A stretch of DNA of 64,000 bases from NCBI GenBank assembly GCA_040954595.2, contig CM082594.2:2837319-2901318 (forward strand), written 5' to 3'. Below the pieces are notes generated by a model. It had not been told where the DNA came from, did no database searches, and was given only the letters and a program-made list of their open reading frames with translations. A program made the position numbers and the translations under genes. Positions 13,137 to 27,100 of this stretch are shown here, in pieces (the stretch's first letter is position 1; each line of letters begins with the position of its first letter). The DNA is from Balanoglossus misakiensis. Its lineage: Eukaryota > Animalia > Hemichordata.

Positions 13137-14256
13137 TGTAGTTTCAACTCGTTGATCACAGAGTGCTACATAACTTTAATTCATATTATAATTAAATAGT
13201 TCAATTAACAAGCTAGACTAAGGTCATTTATATATTCTCATGCCTTGTAGATAGTTAAGGGTACCACGGTAACCCCGTACAGTAAGATTAATGTAATATT
13301 AAAGCAAGGTTTCAAACACATTTGTCACGTTTGCAGGTATGCTAGCATTTATATTTAGAACTGTCGTGAAACGCGCTGAATGTATTAGCATGTGATGAAT
13401 TTGTTATATGTTATTGCGAATTCCCTATTAAGCGCGTAGCTCGTCTCGCACGCATATTCCAACTGTTGCCGCTGGTTACAGACGTTTAGTGAACAGTCAA
13501 TCCCATAAGGCAGTGCTCACACAAGATGGCGGCGATAATAATCTGTGTCTAACATCGGGAAAAGACACCAGCTTGGGTGAAAAGGAGGGACAAAACCAGA
13601 ATCTACTTATACGGTGCGCATGAAATATGGAAGGAAGCGAAGGCAGTCCACTATTTGAATGCATCGAACGGAAAATTTGCTGGGAAGTTATGCGCATGCG
13701 CGTGAGACGAGCTACCCGCTTTAAACTGGCGAGATCAGCTTGTATTGGCAACCAACGTGGTAATGAACGAGAAGTGCAAGCCCAGGGCATAGTCCGGAAT
13801 CTTTTCAATAGTGCCTTAAATTTTCGAAATTTGATATTCTCGTCCCTTGTAGATAGTAAAGAGACTGCGGTTGCTCTGTATACAGTAAGAATATTGTTGG
13901 AAGCACTGTTGGAATTTCTGAAGCGAAGAAACAAAAAATGTTACGTGATTACATATTTGTTTAAAGGTATACAGTCACCCCCAATTTACATACGCCCATA
14001 TATGGCTGAAATGGAGCATTTGAAGTTTCTCAAGTGGTGGCGCTCTTTTTGCGCGTGTGCCAACCACTAAAAATCCGTGATTGGCTAGATCACAAGTTTA
14101 CTATGGTAACTGTAGCTGGTAAATTTCCCACAGACAAAGAGAAAAGATTCGCCACTGGCAGAGGTTTGATTTTCTTTTGTTTTCAAGAAGACGAGTCAAC
14201 ATTTTAAGTCAGAATAGAAGCATAGAAGGGAATTTAAATTTAATTCTAAATAAAAA

Positions 14257-14667
14257 GTGAAAATACAGTTCGCTTTTCATTATGACATAATATACCTTGA
14301 TAAATTCACAAAATATTTGAATTGTGTAAATATTGAGCTATTTAGAGTCACCCTTTGTAAATTTAGAATTTCAAACCACAAATTATTAATAGAGAGTGGT
14401 CGTTTTGAAGGGTTAACAAGAGATAACAGAATTTGTCAGTTTTGTACATTACAGCAAGTTGAAACGAAATTTCACGTTTGTCTTATTTGTCCCATCTATA
14501 AGGAATTAAGAACACGTTTTCTCTCACCATTCCACTATCAGCAACCCTCATTGAAGAAATACTCTAGTCTGTTAAACTCTCAAAACCCCCACACCTTAGT
14601 ATCAAATCTGGCAAAGTTTATTTATTATAGTTTTAAGTTAAGAGATAATTTATTGCAGGACACTTGA
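14257..14667 (+). mobile_element. Non-LTR retrotransposon ORF2 3' fragment (C-terminal zinc-binding domain, RTEX-like)
   Basis: KFRISNHKLLIESGRF...RDNRICQFC...VETKFHVCLICPIYKELR is the typical LINE C-terminal motif; 5'-truncated. The clade assignment is tentative. Confidence 0.75.
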
Positions 14668-14792
14668 TCGCATACACGTCTATGTCTGTTTTGATGACAT
14701 TGTATTTATTATGTCAAACATGTATGCCCCACTGCATGTCTGTATATGTATCAGTTTAATTATTGTATGAAGGCCGGTGGCCTAAGATACTG

Positions 14793-14962
<170 letters not shown>

Positions 14963-15089
14963 TCAAAAAATAAAATCAATTATCCCGGCCGGCCTTCCAT
15001 CAATATTAAAATGTTGATGTATTAAAATGAATCAACTTATGCACAAATATCTGTCACGCAGCCAAATATTCAAATTAAAGGTTCAAGTC

Positions 15090-15690
15090 CTTTAAAATGA
15101 GACTTTGGTCGAGCATAGGACAGACAGTCCATGTGAGCGGACACCGTGGTGTGTTGCGGAGTGGAGACGGTGTACGTGTACTAGGTGAGTACTGAGCGAA
15201 CAGGGCGGCTTTTTGTTCCCAGAAATGAATATATGCAGAGATTTCTTTGAACATGAAATCTGTCAATTTCAAGGATCTTGTGAAACATCATTAGCAGGGG
15301 TAACGGAATTTGCTTGGGTCGGTTTTAGCAACTTGAACACGTCCCGAAAAAACAATGCTATAATACAAATCTCAAAGCTGGGTGCCTCGTTCGTAAGGTG
15401 TTTAGTTCGTTTTAGGAAACGTTACAATACCTGCATATTTTCCTTGTTTTTCTGTTCGGTTAAGATTTTACCGTCATTGTTTGAGAATTCTTTTCAACAT
15501 TTCAGTCAGATTATCACATACCTACAAGAAAAAGATATAAGTAAAGCTAAGTTTTCTTTTCAATGTAGAAAACAAATGTATTCCGTCTTTTTTTTACCAG
15601 AAGCGTCGAGTCCCTTATTTTTTGTCATTATTCATTTCAACATTACTCTTTGCAGATTGTGATCAAACGCAGCATTGAAGAAAATCCATC
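15090..15690 (+). promoter_or_regulatory. Probable promoter, non-coding first exon and 5'UTR intron of the sulfatase gene
   Basis: TATA-like TTTAAAA near 15091, GC-richer stretch ending in donor AG|GTGAGT at 15184/15185, and acceptor TTGCAG| at 15655 just upstream of the ATG at 15691. Confidence 0.45.
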
Positions 15691-17607
15691 ATGATTCTGT
15701 TTTCGTTGTTCGTCTTGGCTGTAACTTTTTGTTATGGTAGGTATGCGTCCGATATTGCTTTATATGGTTCATTGTGTTCGAAATTTGTCAAAATACTTCT
15801 GCTTCTTTTTTTTAACCATCCAATTTAGCACATTCGCTTTGTTCTATCATACATAGCAAGGGCATAATTTGCTTTCGGTTCTTTGTCTTTTCTATAGCCT
15901 CTTGTGATAAGCCTCATATCATCTACATGGTTGCTGATGACCTCGGTAAGTGTTCCCTTGCATATAGACAAAACGTAACAGACCATACAATATGATTTTA
16001 TTGTGCGTGAATATAGTCTTTTTTAATCCTTTCAACAACAACAACAAATCTTTTCTGATTGTTGCGATCTAAAATTACATGTGCTGATATTCAAGGGTGA
16101 AGGAGATTACACACAGTGAAATCATACACAATGCACAATGACCTTCGCGCTGACCTTTCGGAAAATGGAGAGGACACCTCATGAACTGTGTGACGGACAT
16201 TGAAAAGTGTTTCAATTCATCTATGCTGATATACATAGTTTTCCATTGCTCGAGTCATTTAACCCCCCGAGGTGTATGGGTTCTTCAAAACATACACTGA
16301 TTGGTGAAAATCTTACTTGCCATTGAAACGAAAATTCAATGGTAAAGTGGCATAAAATGTACTTTTGGGGGTAATACTCTAGCCTTTATTTTTTTCTAGG
16401 ATATAACGATATTGGATGGAACGACCCCCAGATTCTGACACCAAATCTCAATAAATTGGCCGAAGAAGGCGTGATACTCAGTAATTTGTATGGCATGTCC
16501 GCTTGCAGTCCGTAAGTATGACTTCCATACCCTTTAGACAGACGCACAGGACATTTATTGCTGCCAAGGATTTTTTAATTATCAAGTTCATCAATTATAT
16601 TCCCAGAGTCATAGCATATTGAACGACTGGTGCTCAAAATTTAACTCGGTAAAATAATGAGTTGGAATTTACGTCTTTATCACTCTAACCGGTGGTTCCG
16701 TTGGTCTTTACTCGGAAAATCGTTCCAACGAAAGTTGCACGCATGCAAGTCATGAACATTTGAGGTGCTTGAACCCAACATTCTCATTCGATGTGACGGA
16801 GAACTGACCAAATCTATTTACCTTATTCCATTACAGTTCCCGTGCTGCTTTGTTCACAGGGAGATACTCCTCCAGCATTGGCTCTCAGGTAAGAGATAGA
16901 CACGTGACCTGATCACAGATTGCATAATTATGACGCTGATAATTGTTGGCTTGAAGATGGTGTCAGTCGTTTCGGTTGTTAGAAAATAAAAATAAAAATC
17001 AACTCTTGCAGCGCAATCGCTCCTGTTAGTCCGATTCTCGTGTCAATTGGCGCACTTGTATTCAATAGCGAAGTAATGACCAGAAAATTTGCATATTTTG
17101 TCTCGGCAGAGCTGTTACAGTGTCATACCTTCAATACTTGTCTCCGCACAGGCCTACACCATCATACATACACTAACCACGGTCCTTCCATCACTTCTCA
17201 TATCCACAGCATTTTGTGTTCTTCGGGCACATCCCCCATGGTGTGCCAACCACACTTCCATTTCTTCCCGCGCGACTGAAGGAAAATGGATACACTACAT
17301 ACGGCGTTGGAAAGTATGTTGCTCTCATGTCTCCTGCTGTTTTCAGTAGTAATGTTTACCACAGGTTTAAATGATTAATGTAAAAAATAACTTAATAATC
17401 CTCAACTCTTAAAACTCTCAGACTCCCCATCCAGTACGACACTTATGTGGTCCGTTTTTTTTCTTTTCTCAGATGGCATCAGGGATATTGCAACGAGTCG
17501 TACGTCCCTTCTGCCCCCAATCGTGGATTTGATCATTGGTACGGTTTGTACAATGGCGGCGCTACATACCATCAGCATACGGCTTCTGAGTGGGGTATGA
17601 ACATTTT

Positions 17608-17678
<71 letters not shown>

Positions 17679-19288
17679 TTCAGTCAGTCAGTCAGTCAGT
17701 CAGTCAGTCAGTCAGTTAGTTAGTTAGTTAGTTATAGTGGTTAGCTAGTTGATAACCAGATGTTACATGATGTACCCACTCTTCGTTTTAATGTAAAACA
17801 TGAAGTTTCATCGAATCTGACAACAGCTACATGTATGATTACTTTCCAGGCCCAAAGATAACGGACGTGAAAATGCTTGGATTCGATTTACATGAAGATG
17901 GCCAACAAGTTACTGATCCAAGAACAGCATGTGTTTTTAGTTCAGTAAGATGTTTTATTTTGTTTCATCCAGCTCCAATTTAAAGAGCAAAAGAGCGACT
18001 CGGACAAATTTGAAGTCTCGTTCTTCCAGTAAGAGGCAACTATATTTTTCGCGGTTACGAAGCTGAGAGACTTTCCATCTAAATATGTCTGCATTTTGTG
18101 ATTTTTGTGTTCACTATTAGCAACATTTTCAAGTATTCGTACTCGGAATTGCAGAGAAGTACCACACGCTTTTTTCTTACGTACGAAAGTGGTTTACATT
18201 CACCGATTCTTGTTCTATTGCAGACCTTATTCCAACAAAAAATGGTTTCAAACATCCAAAACCATGACCCGTCTGTTCCAATGTTCCAGTTCAGCTCCTT
18301 CCAGTTGCCTCACACCCCAAGAGTAGTAAGCAGCCATTTTATTAAATCTTTTTATCAACAACAGCACCAGTACTAACTATACGCTGTTTTGAACATGGAT
18401 ACTTGTGAATGCGAATAAGCCTCTGTCGGAGATAGAGAGAGAGTGATCCAGATGTTATGAACACGGTGATGATTTTTCATGTGATGTAGCGGTAATTTGG
18501 TGTGACGTGGTGTGGTGTGGTGTGGTGTGGTGTACTGTGACGTGTTGTGTTGTGGTGTGTTGTGTTGTGTTGTGACGTGTTGTGTTGTGACGTGTTGTGT
18601 TGTGACGTGTTGTGTTGTGGTGTGTTTAGGTGTGGTGTGGTGTGGTGTGATGCTGTAACAAGTTATGAAACAAAGTTAAATACAACACTATCTGAAATCC
18701 AAATGCTGTTATTTATGTCCTATTACTTGCGAAAGATGAGCTTCACTTACTACCGCGCTATCAGACCATGTATACATTTTAATGTTAATTACAATTGATG
18801 TTTTTTTTCCAGGTACCAGATGAGTATTCTGACAGATATCCAGACATTATAGATCCAAATAGAAAAATATATTATGGTATGCATAGACAATGTTTTGCCT
18901 TATATCATTATGCGAATTTCTCAAATATTTCAACAGATATTGTCGTATGTTATGGTTTCGAACATCATGTGCTATGCATTGCTTCACATCAAATTAAGTT
19001 GGTCTCAACTTTTCATACTTCATGAGACAAGATGCGACCCAGTAATCGCCAAATTGATAATGATAGAGTCAGTTAATCATACGTGCGAAAATTCACATTG
19101 CAACACCTTTATAAAGGGAAATTATCTGTAATTTTTGGCTATAATTTCATTTGTTTTGTTCTGCGTACCAAATGTACTTTCTTGTTCTTCTCCATAGGGC
19201 GCGCTAATATACCCAGTACTCCACTTGTCAACTGTTATTTTTTACAAAGGTTCACCAAAATAGTTCCAGTCGTGTTGTCCAGCTTTTG

Positions 19289-19338
<50 letters not shown>

Positions 19339-22286
19339 TCTTTATACATTACATAGCTCGCCGTTAAGACCCACAATTCTTTCTTGTGCGCAGGACAAGT
19401 CTCTTATTTGGATGACATCGTGGGCGACATGGTTGCAGCACTGAAGGAGAAGGGAATGTATGAGGACACATTGTTCATCTTCCACGCCGATGTAAGTGTC
19501 AAAGACGTGTCTTTGCGATGCATTAAAGGGACAAAACTGTTTATGTTAATGTACATGTGTATATGTAGTGAATCAACGTTCGACCACACAAAACTTCCAT
19601 CCCACTTATAGACACGAGAGTGAAAAACTCGCCAAAATGAATAATCGGTGTTTACCATTTATTCATTTTGGACGAGTTTGTACTCTCATATCATACAAGC
19701 GGGATGGAAGTTGTTTGTGGTCGAACGTTGATTCACTATGTATCCACACGTAGAATAACATAAACGGTGTCTTGTATCAAACATAACTAATGGAAAAAAG
19801 GCAGCGAGAGAGAGAAACTGTCCCTTTAAAGTCTTGTTGATATTTTATGAATACTTATGTTATACTTGGCATATTTGAGCATTTATGTTTATTAACTTGA
19901 AACATGGAAACAAAGGTTTGATTCAAGATGTTGGGTCATATCTGTTAAATCTCCACAAACTGCAACTTTTGGGAAATCATTATGAAATTTATTTTCAAAC
20001 TATACTATACATGTAATATTAGCCCATAGAGATCTGTGCACTGAAGTGTTATAAAGCCTAAGTATGAGTGCATATGCAAGTTTTAACCAAATAAATAATA
20101 AAACTTTGCCGCAAAGGAATATGGCCGCCACCGTGGGAAAATGCAAAATACAAAGAAAACGTTGCATTTCCCACTTTGAAACTTCATAAACAAAGCAAGA
20201 TCATATCCACTAGAAAACACGGACATATTATCCTCTTTGACATTACTTTTTTCTTTTTCATTGCAATATTATTTTTTTTAAATTGCGGGAATTTTCGACA
20301 GTACTGACATATTTTTTAACTTTTTGGCCATTTTGTCATAAATAAGTGTTATCTTGATATAGTATCAGGCAATATCATTAAAAATTAATAGACAGACTAA
20401 AAAACATATTCGTGATTATTTAAAGCTTAATGTTTTTTGATCGGAGTTGCAGCATATGGGGCTTTAACATGACACTCTCATTGGCCGGTCAAAAGTATGA
20501 CTGGGTGGTTGTCTTCTTAAAATCTTCAGAACGGCGGTGACGTCCATACGGGAGCCTCCAATCATCCTTTCAGAGGCAACAAGGCGACATTCTTCGACGG
20601 AGGAATCAAATTGGTGGGGTTTGTTTCTGGCAAAGGAATCGAGAAGACGGGTTACACTCATGATGGGTAAAGTTGCCTTCCGCTAACATCCGCCTCAACT
20701 CTCCCGGTTCATTTGCCTTCCAATCGTGTTTTTATGAGTAATGTGTCGTATGTACTAACGGCCATTGTTATTTTTGCCATTCCGGACTTGAATTCAATAG
20801 TGCACGTATATATTGTGCTGGTAAGCTAGATACTGGGTATTCCGTTATGCTTCAGGACTGTAAACAAGAAACTGCAGTAGATACACGAATCAAAAATACT
20901 GAAAACATACCGAAAATGTAATGGAGCTTTAAAACGAAACACAATTGGCTTTGGGTGTTCTTTTTTCAGTTTATTTCATCTGACCGACATTCACCCAACT
21001 CTCGTCCAAGGTGTGGTAGGCGGGGAAGTCAGTGGTAAGAAGTTACTCTACCTATCATAATAATAGAATCTTCTCAAATGGGTAAATGACCCTTGAGAAG
21101 TGGGATCTTAGTTAAATAGTTCTGGCTACATTCAATATGTTTTGTTAGCTATAATTAAGGTGATACAATTCAAAAGCGGTCGATATTGCAATGAAATTAC
21201 TTTGATATGGTTTGACATCCTAATATAAAGGGAAAACATATAATGTGACGTTACATGAATTCTACCAATCAGCGCTTCCAGTGAATTCAACAGAGCCCGA
21301 ACTGCAAATAGTTGTTGGCATTGCGCACGCGTCACAAACCTTATGTTGAACCACTGCTCGACGCATCGTTTCTTGTGTATAATGAATGATGCAGTCTTTT
21401 CAAGTGTATGGAGGGTTTACATCCTGTATTTATTTCTCATTTCTTGAAACTCTCTTTGCACAGATAACCTGGACGGCATGAACGTGTGGGAGGCACTCTC
21501 AACCGGCGTCGAATCACCACGTACAGAGTTTCTCATCACCGTGGACACCGATTTTGCCGACCGTACTGATTTCATGGGCGCCAATATCACTGCAATAAGG
21601 TATGTAAATCAGTTGTGTCCGCCTCTTGGTACAGAACTGCCACGGAAATAAGCAGTAAAACAGTCAAAATGTTCATTTAATAAGCAACCCATGCTATCAT
21701 TCCCTGATGGCGTGGTTTTAACACGAAAAATGTTGATTTTGTGTATTTTTGAGGGCTCTCGTAATTTGCGCTAATATGTTTTTATATAAATGAAAATTAA
21801 GCTTAACGCAAAGCTGGATTTTACACGTCACAGTAAAATAAGATCGCATTGTTGCTGCGATGATAAAAATGGGGATATTTGTTTTACAGGTACATATAGT
21901 ATCTTTTGTGGAATGTGAAATTTAATAATTTGTTTTTTTTTGGCGTTGGTTAAATATGGCGATTGGGATACGCGAGTTTGTTTCAGACTGGCGGCCACCA
22001 GATACATGTATCGTTTTGGCGTTGTTCCATTCAACTGCCAATAAGTTTTATTAAGTAGAATTGATTTATAAGATACATATTTAGCTCAATTTTCGAGTAG
22101 CACGCAACTTCATAAGACTTGTGTCCGATTTCTTGCTCTCTGCAGAGTTGGTGACTGGAAACTCATGATTGGTATTCCAACAATCTCGTATGCATTTACA
22201 GGCTGTGAGTACGCGTTTCATTTTCAGTCGGCCAATTTAGCCCCTTTGATGTCACATAGTTGCTAATGCTCTACCCCTTTCTTTCT

Positions 22287-22321
<35 letters not shown>

Positions 22322-22898
22322 GACAGTGTCTGTCTGTCTGTTTCTCCGTCTGTGCGTCTGTGTGTGTATTGGCTGTATAAAATGTAGTTTGTCGCTTGGG
22401 TCGTGAGTACAGATAGCTTCAATGATACTAATTGTTCTCTTGTCTCTATCCACAGTCGGTTGGTATCCGCCACTCAACACAGAACACCCAGTAGAGATAG
22501 AACCACCAGAGGAAGATACAGACATATTTCTGTTCAACATGAAAGGTGGGTTTATTAGTTCTCCACTCTGGTTGACATTGGCGGTGTATCGGTTCCAAGG
22601 GGTCATACATGCTTATTTAACAAACCGCGCGTGATTCTTTCCTAGCTTGTTTTCTCCACGTGTTACCTCTGATGCAATTGGTATCATATTTAAATCAGCT
22701 AGACTATAAGAAGATCCTTTTCTTTCAGATGACCCCTACGAAGAACACAATCTTGCCTCTGAAATGCCAGAAAAAGTGGCAGAGCTCCGCCAGAAACTAA
22801 AACCATACGAAGCTGAAGCTTGGACATTCTGGGACGAGACCACCGACGCCGCTGATCCCAGAAACTTCAACCACTTCTGGGAAACTGGTTGGTGTTAA
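15691..22898 (+). CDS. ARSB: Arylsulfatase B-like secreted/lysosomal sulfatase (ARSB/ARSI/ARSJ group), 16 coding exons, ~499 aa
   Basis: Phase-compatible GT-AG exons: 15691-15736, 15898-15945, 16400-16511, 16837-16888, 17210-17313, 17473-17594, 17850-17944, 18224-18325, 18813-18876, 19394-19491, 20530-20666, 20970-21034, 21464-21599, 22146-22204, 22456-22545, 22729-22898 (1500 nt total). Protein has signal peptide MILFSLFVLAVTFCYA, KPHIIYMVADDLGYND, formylglycine motif CSPSRAALFTGRY, GKWHQG, RGFD, PHTP, ADNGG, RGNK, DPYEEHNLA and C-terminal WETGWC. The symbol marks closest family, not proven orthology. Confidence 0.93.
17605..17735. repeat. Compound (TTTA)n(TCAG)n(TTAG)n microsatellite
   Basis: Direct reading; intronic. 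Confidence 0.95.
18498..18650. repeat. Pentanucleotide (GTGTG/GTGTT)n microsatellite
   Basis: Direct reading; intronic. Confidence 0.9.
19523..19829. mobile_element. Palindromic Kolobok-like MITE, same family as 46513-46865, in sulfatase intron
   Basis: TTAA-AGGGACA...TGTCCCT-TTAA with shared internal arms. Confidence 0.82.
19945..20467. mobile_element. Kolobok-like non-autonomous element; interrupted relative at 10680-~11560
   Basis: TTAA flanks, imperfect TIR (...AGTTGCAGCATATGGGGCTTTAA), internal sequence shared with 10680-10777 and 11354-11510. Confidence 0.7.
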
Positions 22899-24128
22899 AG
22901 GCGCACTGTTCAACCCCTGGGATTGACCTCATTTGCATACAAGAGGTCACCAAAGGGAAAGCCTCCGTAGCATACAAATTTGCCTTTATAATTATGTTTT
23001 TGCCTTCTGTATGTTCAATAGAATAAATCACATTAATCAATGGAACACGGTTCCAATGATGTTTATTTGTAAAGGATTCGTTTTCGCTACCCCAGCCAAT
23101 CAATAAAGAACGCCTTGACCCACTGGCAAGAAAATTTGCTTTCGCTGATTTTAGCCATCCCTATAGAAATTGACTTAGTTGGTATATCAGTTTGCACATG
23201 GACGAGAGGTGAGTGGCGGTTGTTGTTGTTGTTGTTCGATTGCACTACTTTCATGTATCACCAGGCCATGCCTCACTGAACCTGCTGACGTCACATAGTT
23301 TATCCTAGCAATTCCTACCTTTGATGATGACTTATGGTTGCGAGGGCGGGTTTAGCTCTTAATCCATAACAATGGTTTCTAAAGGTTTACATTCAATACC
23401 CCCATGGCCTGAAGTTGTCTGCATTCTTTAAAGGTAAAACCCGACGCGGTTCAGCACCCAGACGCTTTTAAAGAGAATCTAGGTTTTGAGGCTAAGGACA
23501 AGCTATCGGCGCAATCGTCAAAGGCTTTCGTTGAAACAATTTAAGGCCGTTTTGTCGTTTACATCGGGAACGTGTCACAGATGGGTGATCACCCCAAGAA
23601 TAAACTGCAGAGACAACAGCATATTTTTTTTTCAAACCAAAATAATTATATCTAGACGAGTCGAGTATGCACAGCAATGGTAGGTGACGCAGTTGGTCTT
23701 CACTCAACTAGAAACAGTTCAACTTGAATGATCACAAAACGTCATGTTTGTTTACTGTGCAACAGTTGCTAAGGGAATTGGTTATATTTGTTATTGTTGA
23801 TCGGTAGCTGAATTGAAAAAAGGGCTGGCCGACTTAGTCATATAAGTTACGATTATGGCCCTCTTTGTTTTTTTCTATGTAGTTGTACAGGTTAGTCTTG
23901 TGTGTAATAAGATACCCTTTGGGTTTTTATGGGGTATAATTACGCCCTCTATACAATGTCAACAAAACATTGCGCTTGCACTTGGCTGAACAGACGATCA
24001 ATCACCTCCAATGTAGGGGGTGAAATGTATCACGTGATCAGTACAGGCCAAATAAACTGGGCGAGGCTGGGGGACTTTGTAGTCACTTTCTGCAATTCTG
24101 CAACTGAGGAGTGACAACATCAGGCAAG

Positions 24129-27100
24129 ATGAAAAGTTTACTCGTGGGTCTTCTAGTCTTTGCCGTGGTTCTGGAATTAGTGGAGTGTCAGGACGCGAAG
24201 GCATTGAAGAAAAGTGCTCAAGTGATCAAGAAGAAAACCGCCCAGGTAGGCCAGACGTAAAAGCAATAAATAGTGTTTCGTTTCAGTGGAGGCACACGTA
24301 TAAAGCTTTTTAAAACATGCCTGTTCCAATACGTGCCACTTGTCTGTGAATTTTTTTCCCAACAAAAGACTTATTTTGAGAAATATGGGAGAGCATTACA
24401 CCGAAAAGTATCACATACGAAATAAATCTATTACCATGTGAAGTTGAATATTATTTTGTTGTTTTCTCTTTAAGGTTAGAACTATAGTCCCCGCTTTGAT
24501 AACGTTGGTCATCCATGACACAGTTAGTAGGCCGTGGAGGCCATTTTCTTTTCAATACTGAATGCCGAGTACCCTCAAAACGCGCTGACCACAGAGGTGT
24601 ACTGACGCGTTAAGATTGGGTGGTGTCCAAACTTCATTTCTTAATACCACTGAGTGTTCATTTTTTTTTCTCAAAACAAGTTAGATTTTGATACACTTTT
24701 CTTTTCCCAATCATTTGCGCATGAATCAGAATATCACCAAAGATATATCAATTTGACATGAAAACAACATCAATATTGTTTAAAGATGCACACCTTAATC
24801 ATATGTAAAAGTCCCGTTGGCGTTTACACCCTTGAAAGTGCCCTTTTATCGCATAAATATCACCCATTAAAATAGCCGATTGAAACTTCGTGACCGAACC
24901 AGCAAAACGAGTTGAATTGCCTTATTCTGTTTATGGCTATTTGTCAAGATCGTGCTGGGAGAAACTGACCACATGGATATAATCGGCACATTCAGTATAT
25001 ATCCTTCAACTACGTCGTCCTGTTTTCAAAGCTGTATTTTAATGTATAGCAATGGTGACTCTAGACAGACAAAAGGTGCCTTCTTGTGTTTTATGCGTGG
25101 CAAAGTAATTTACGACTTCACTACACGGCGTCTTCCATGCATCTGTCCTGGCCACAGTCTCTCTCTTGCTGCCCTTTTTCCATTAATTATGTTTGATACA
25201 AGACACCGTTTATGTTATTCTACATGTGGATACATAATGAATGAACGTTCGACCACACACAGCTTTCATCCCGTTTGTAGGATATGAGAGTAACATTCTC
25301 GCCAAAATGAAAAAATGGTAGAGACCGATTATTCATTTCTCTCTCGTGTCTCGTGTCACTCACTATATATCCACATGTAGAATAACAAAAACGGTGTCTT
25401 GTATCAAAACATAATTAATGGAAAAGGGGCAGCGAGAGAGAGACTTTGTCCCTTTAAAGAGCATGAAGAGGACTGGTGCAATTTGTAAGTGAATAGCTGT
25501 TGCCCACGCGCCCAATTCCAAACTGCTCACCTCCGGGACATGTCTTGCAGTTTGGCAGACAACGCTACATGTTTATAGAGCTATACGGATATGTGCCGAC
25601 TGTTGGCTTTATTTATGTCCCGCCATTCTCCACGCAGAGACTTGGAGTGGATAATTCTAGCCTAGCTAGGGGGTCTGACCAATAGCCACTATAGTCTCTG
25701 CCACAAGCAAATTTAAATATTCCAAACCGGACCTTCTTTCAGTCCTGCGCGAGCAAATTTACAATATAGTCGCCACCATCTTCGTATATACACTTCAGAC
25801 ACTGTAGTTGCTTTGGTTTTAATGTCAATTTAGAGTCATAAGCTGCAATAACTTTCGCGATTGCGTCTGAACCTACAGCAACGGGGGCAGCCATCTTGAA
25901 TCGTCAATTCACATTTATGTAACCTAGGGCAGGATCTATGTTTAGCAAGTGTTCACGTATATATCACGGATTCGAGGATCGACTTTGAAACTGGTTCATT
26001 TTTTATAGTTCTCTTATTTTTTGGGTACAAAATATTAAACTTAAAAAAGACAGGAAATGTATATTATAGAAAACGCGCAACACACAAAAAGTGGGTGTAA
26101 AATGTCGCCTGTGGCAGAGACTAAATAGCGGCTATTGGTCGGACTCCCTAGCAAGGTTAGTCTCTGCGTGGATAATGATGTCCCGCATGATTTTACAAGG
26201 TCAGTCGGTTTAGAACAGGCTAGCCTTTGACTTTTGGCTTGAAACAATAACGACCAAACAACCGGAACGACCGCTGGTTTAAATACCGGTACTTAAGTTC
26301 GGGAATACTAGAATCTCACACTCCCAAGGACCTGGGATCATATTTCTCACACGAGTTGGGGATTTTCTGTACCACACGAGCCGGATTTACGTAATTTAAT
26401 ACACGAATGAATGAACGAATTATTAATTCTTTCTCTGTTATTCTCTCTAGAAATTGAAGAGGGATTTTGGTAAGTTACCAAATATGCCATCTCAATTATA
26501 AGTTTTGTCCATGGCTGCTTGTAACCTCCCACGATTTGTACCTGGGAAAACACGCATTGAATGTGACCAACGTGAATTCGTGTAATGATAATTGGTTCAA
26601 AAATATAACATGCAGAGTTCGAAATTACACTGTAAGTCAATGGCTTACGGCACGACAATGACCGCAGACGAACACGTTGGTAAGATTGTGTGCAAATCTA
26701 TTAAACACTGACATTTGGGCAATCTCAATTCTATAGGTTGTGTAGACACCTGTCAATGGGCCCATGATGGTGAATGTGACGATGGTGGTTCTGGGTCGCT
26801 GTATTCAATTTGTGATCTAGGAACTGACTGTTCAGATTGTGGATCTAGAGGTTGGTGAGCAATATTCTTTCGTAGCTTATTTTATCGCTAAAAGTGATGG
26901 AATCGGTATGACGTCTCTATGTACCGAACTGTTGACTTGAACTCTGAACTTTGAACTTATGGCCAGGCGTAGAGTAGGATAGGGTAAGTGCGCGAGTCGA
27001 AGAGTTCCTGCCCAGCTACCATGTGGGCAGTGGTGAGGCTTATCCCTGGGGAGGCAGCTGACGTAAGGTCGCGTGTTGATTACATGACCCAAGGTCATCT

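Larger units (their letters stand above)
11562..13180 (+). mobile_element. Penelope-like retroelement relic (GIY-YIG endonuclease end plus pseudo-LTR), frameshifted and interrupted
   Basis: RVPLVVTYNPQL, PIIAYRQPPNLKQQIV, SFTCDSTNLIYTITCKQCPQAVYMGQTGQSLRKRVNNHRFDI, KPVSEHFNRPGHS, and ELKL|IEHF...LNRDYGFMSHYK* resuming at 12852 after an insertion. Confidence 0.88.

Noticed and set aside
13497-14070. Overlapping 145/147-aa ORFs
   Set aside because: No domain features; region looks like TTAA-element remnants with promoter-type motifs (GCGCATGCGC, CAAGATGGCGGC).
23320-23415. Box C/D snoRNA-like ATGATGA...CTGA
   Set aside because: No terminal stem, not intronic, no recognisable guide.
26615-26679. 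Possible extra exon (CAG...G|GTAAGA) in the Cys-repeat gene
   Set aside because: Its 3' part is paralogous to plainly intronic DNA before 32346 and 33810, and it is not needed for frame.
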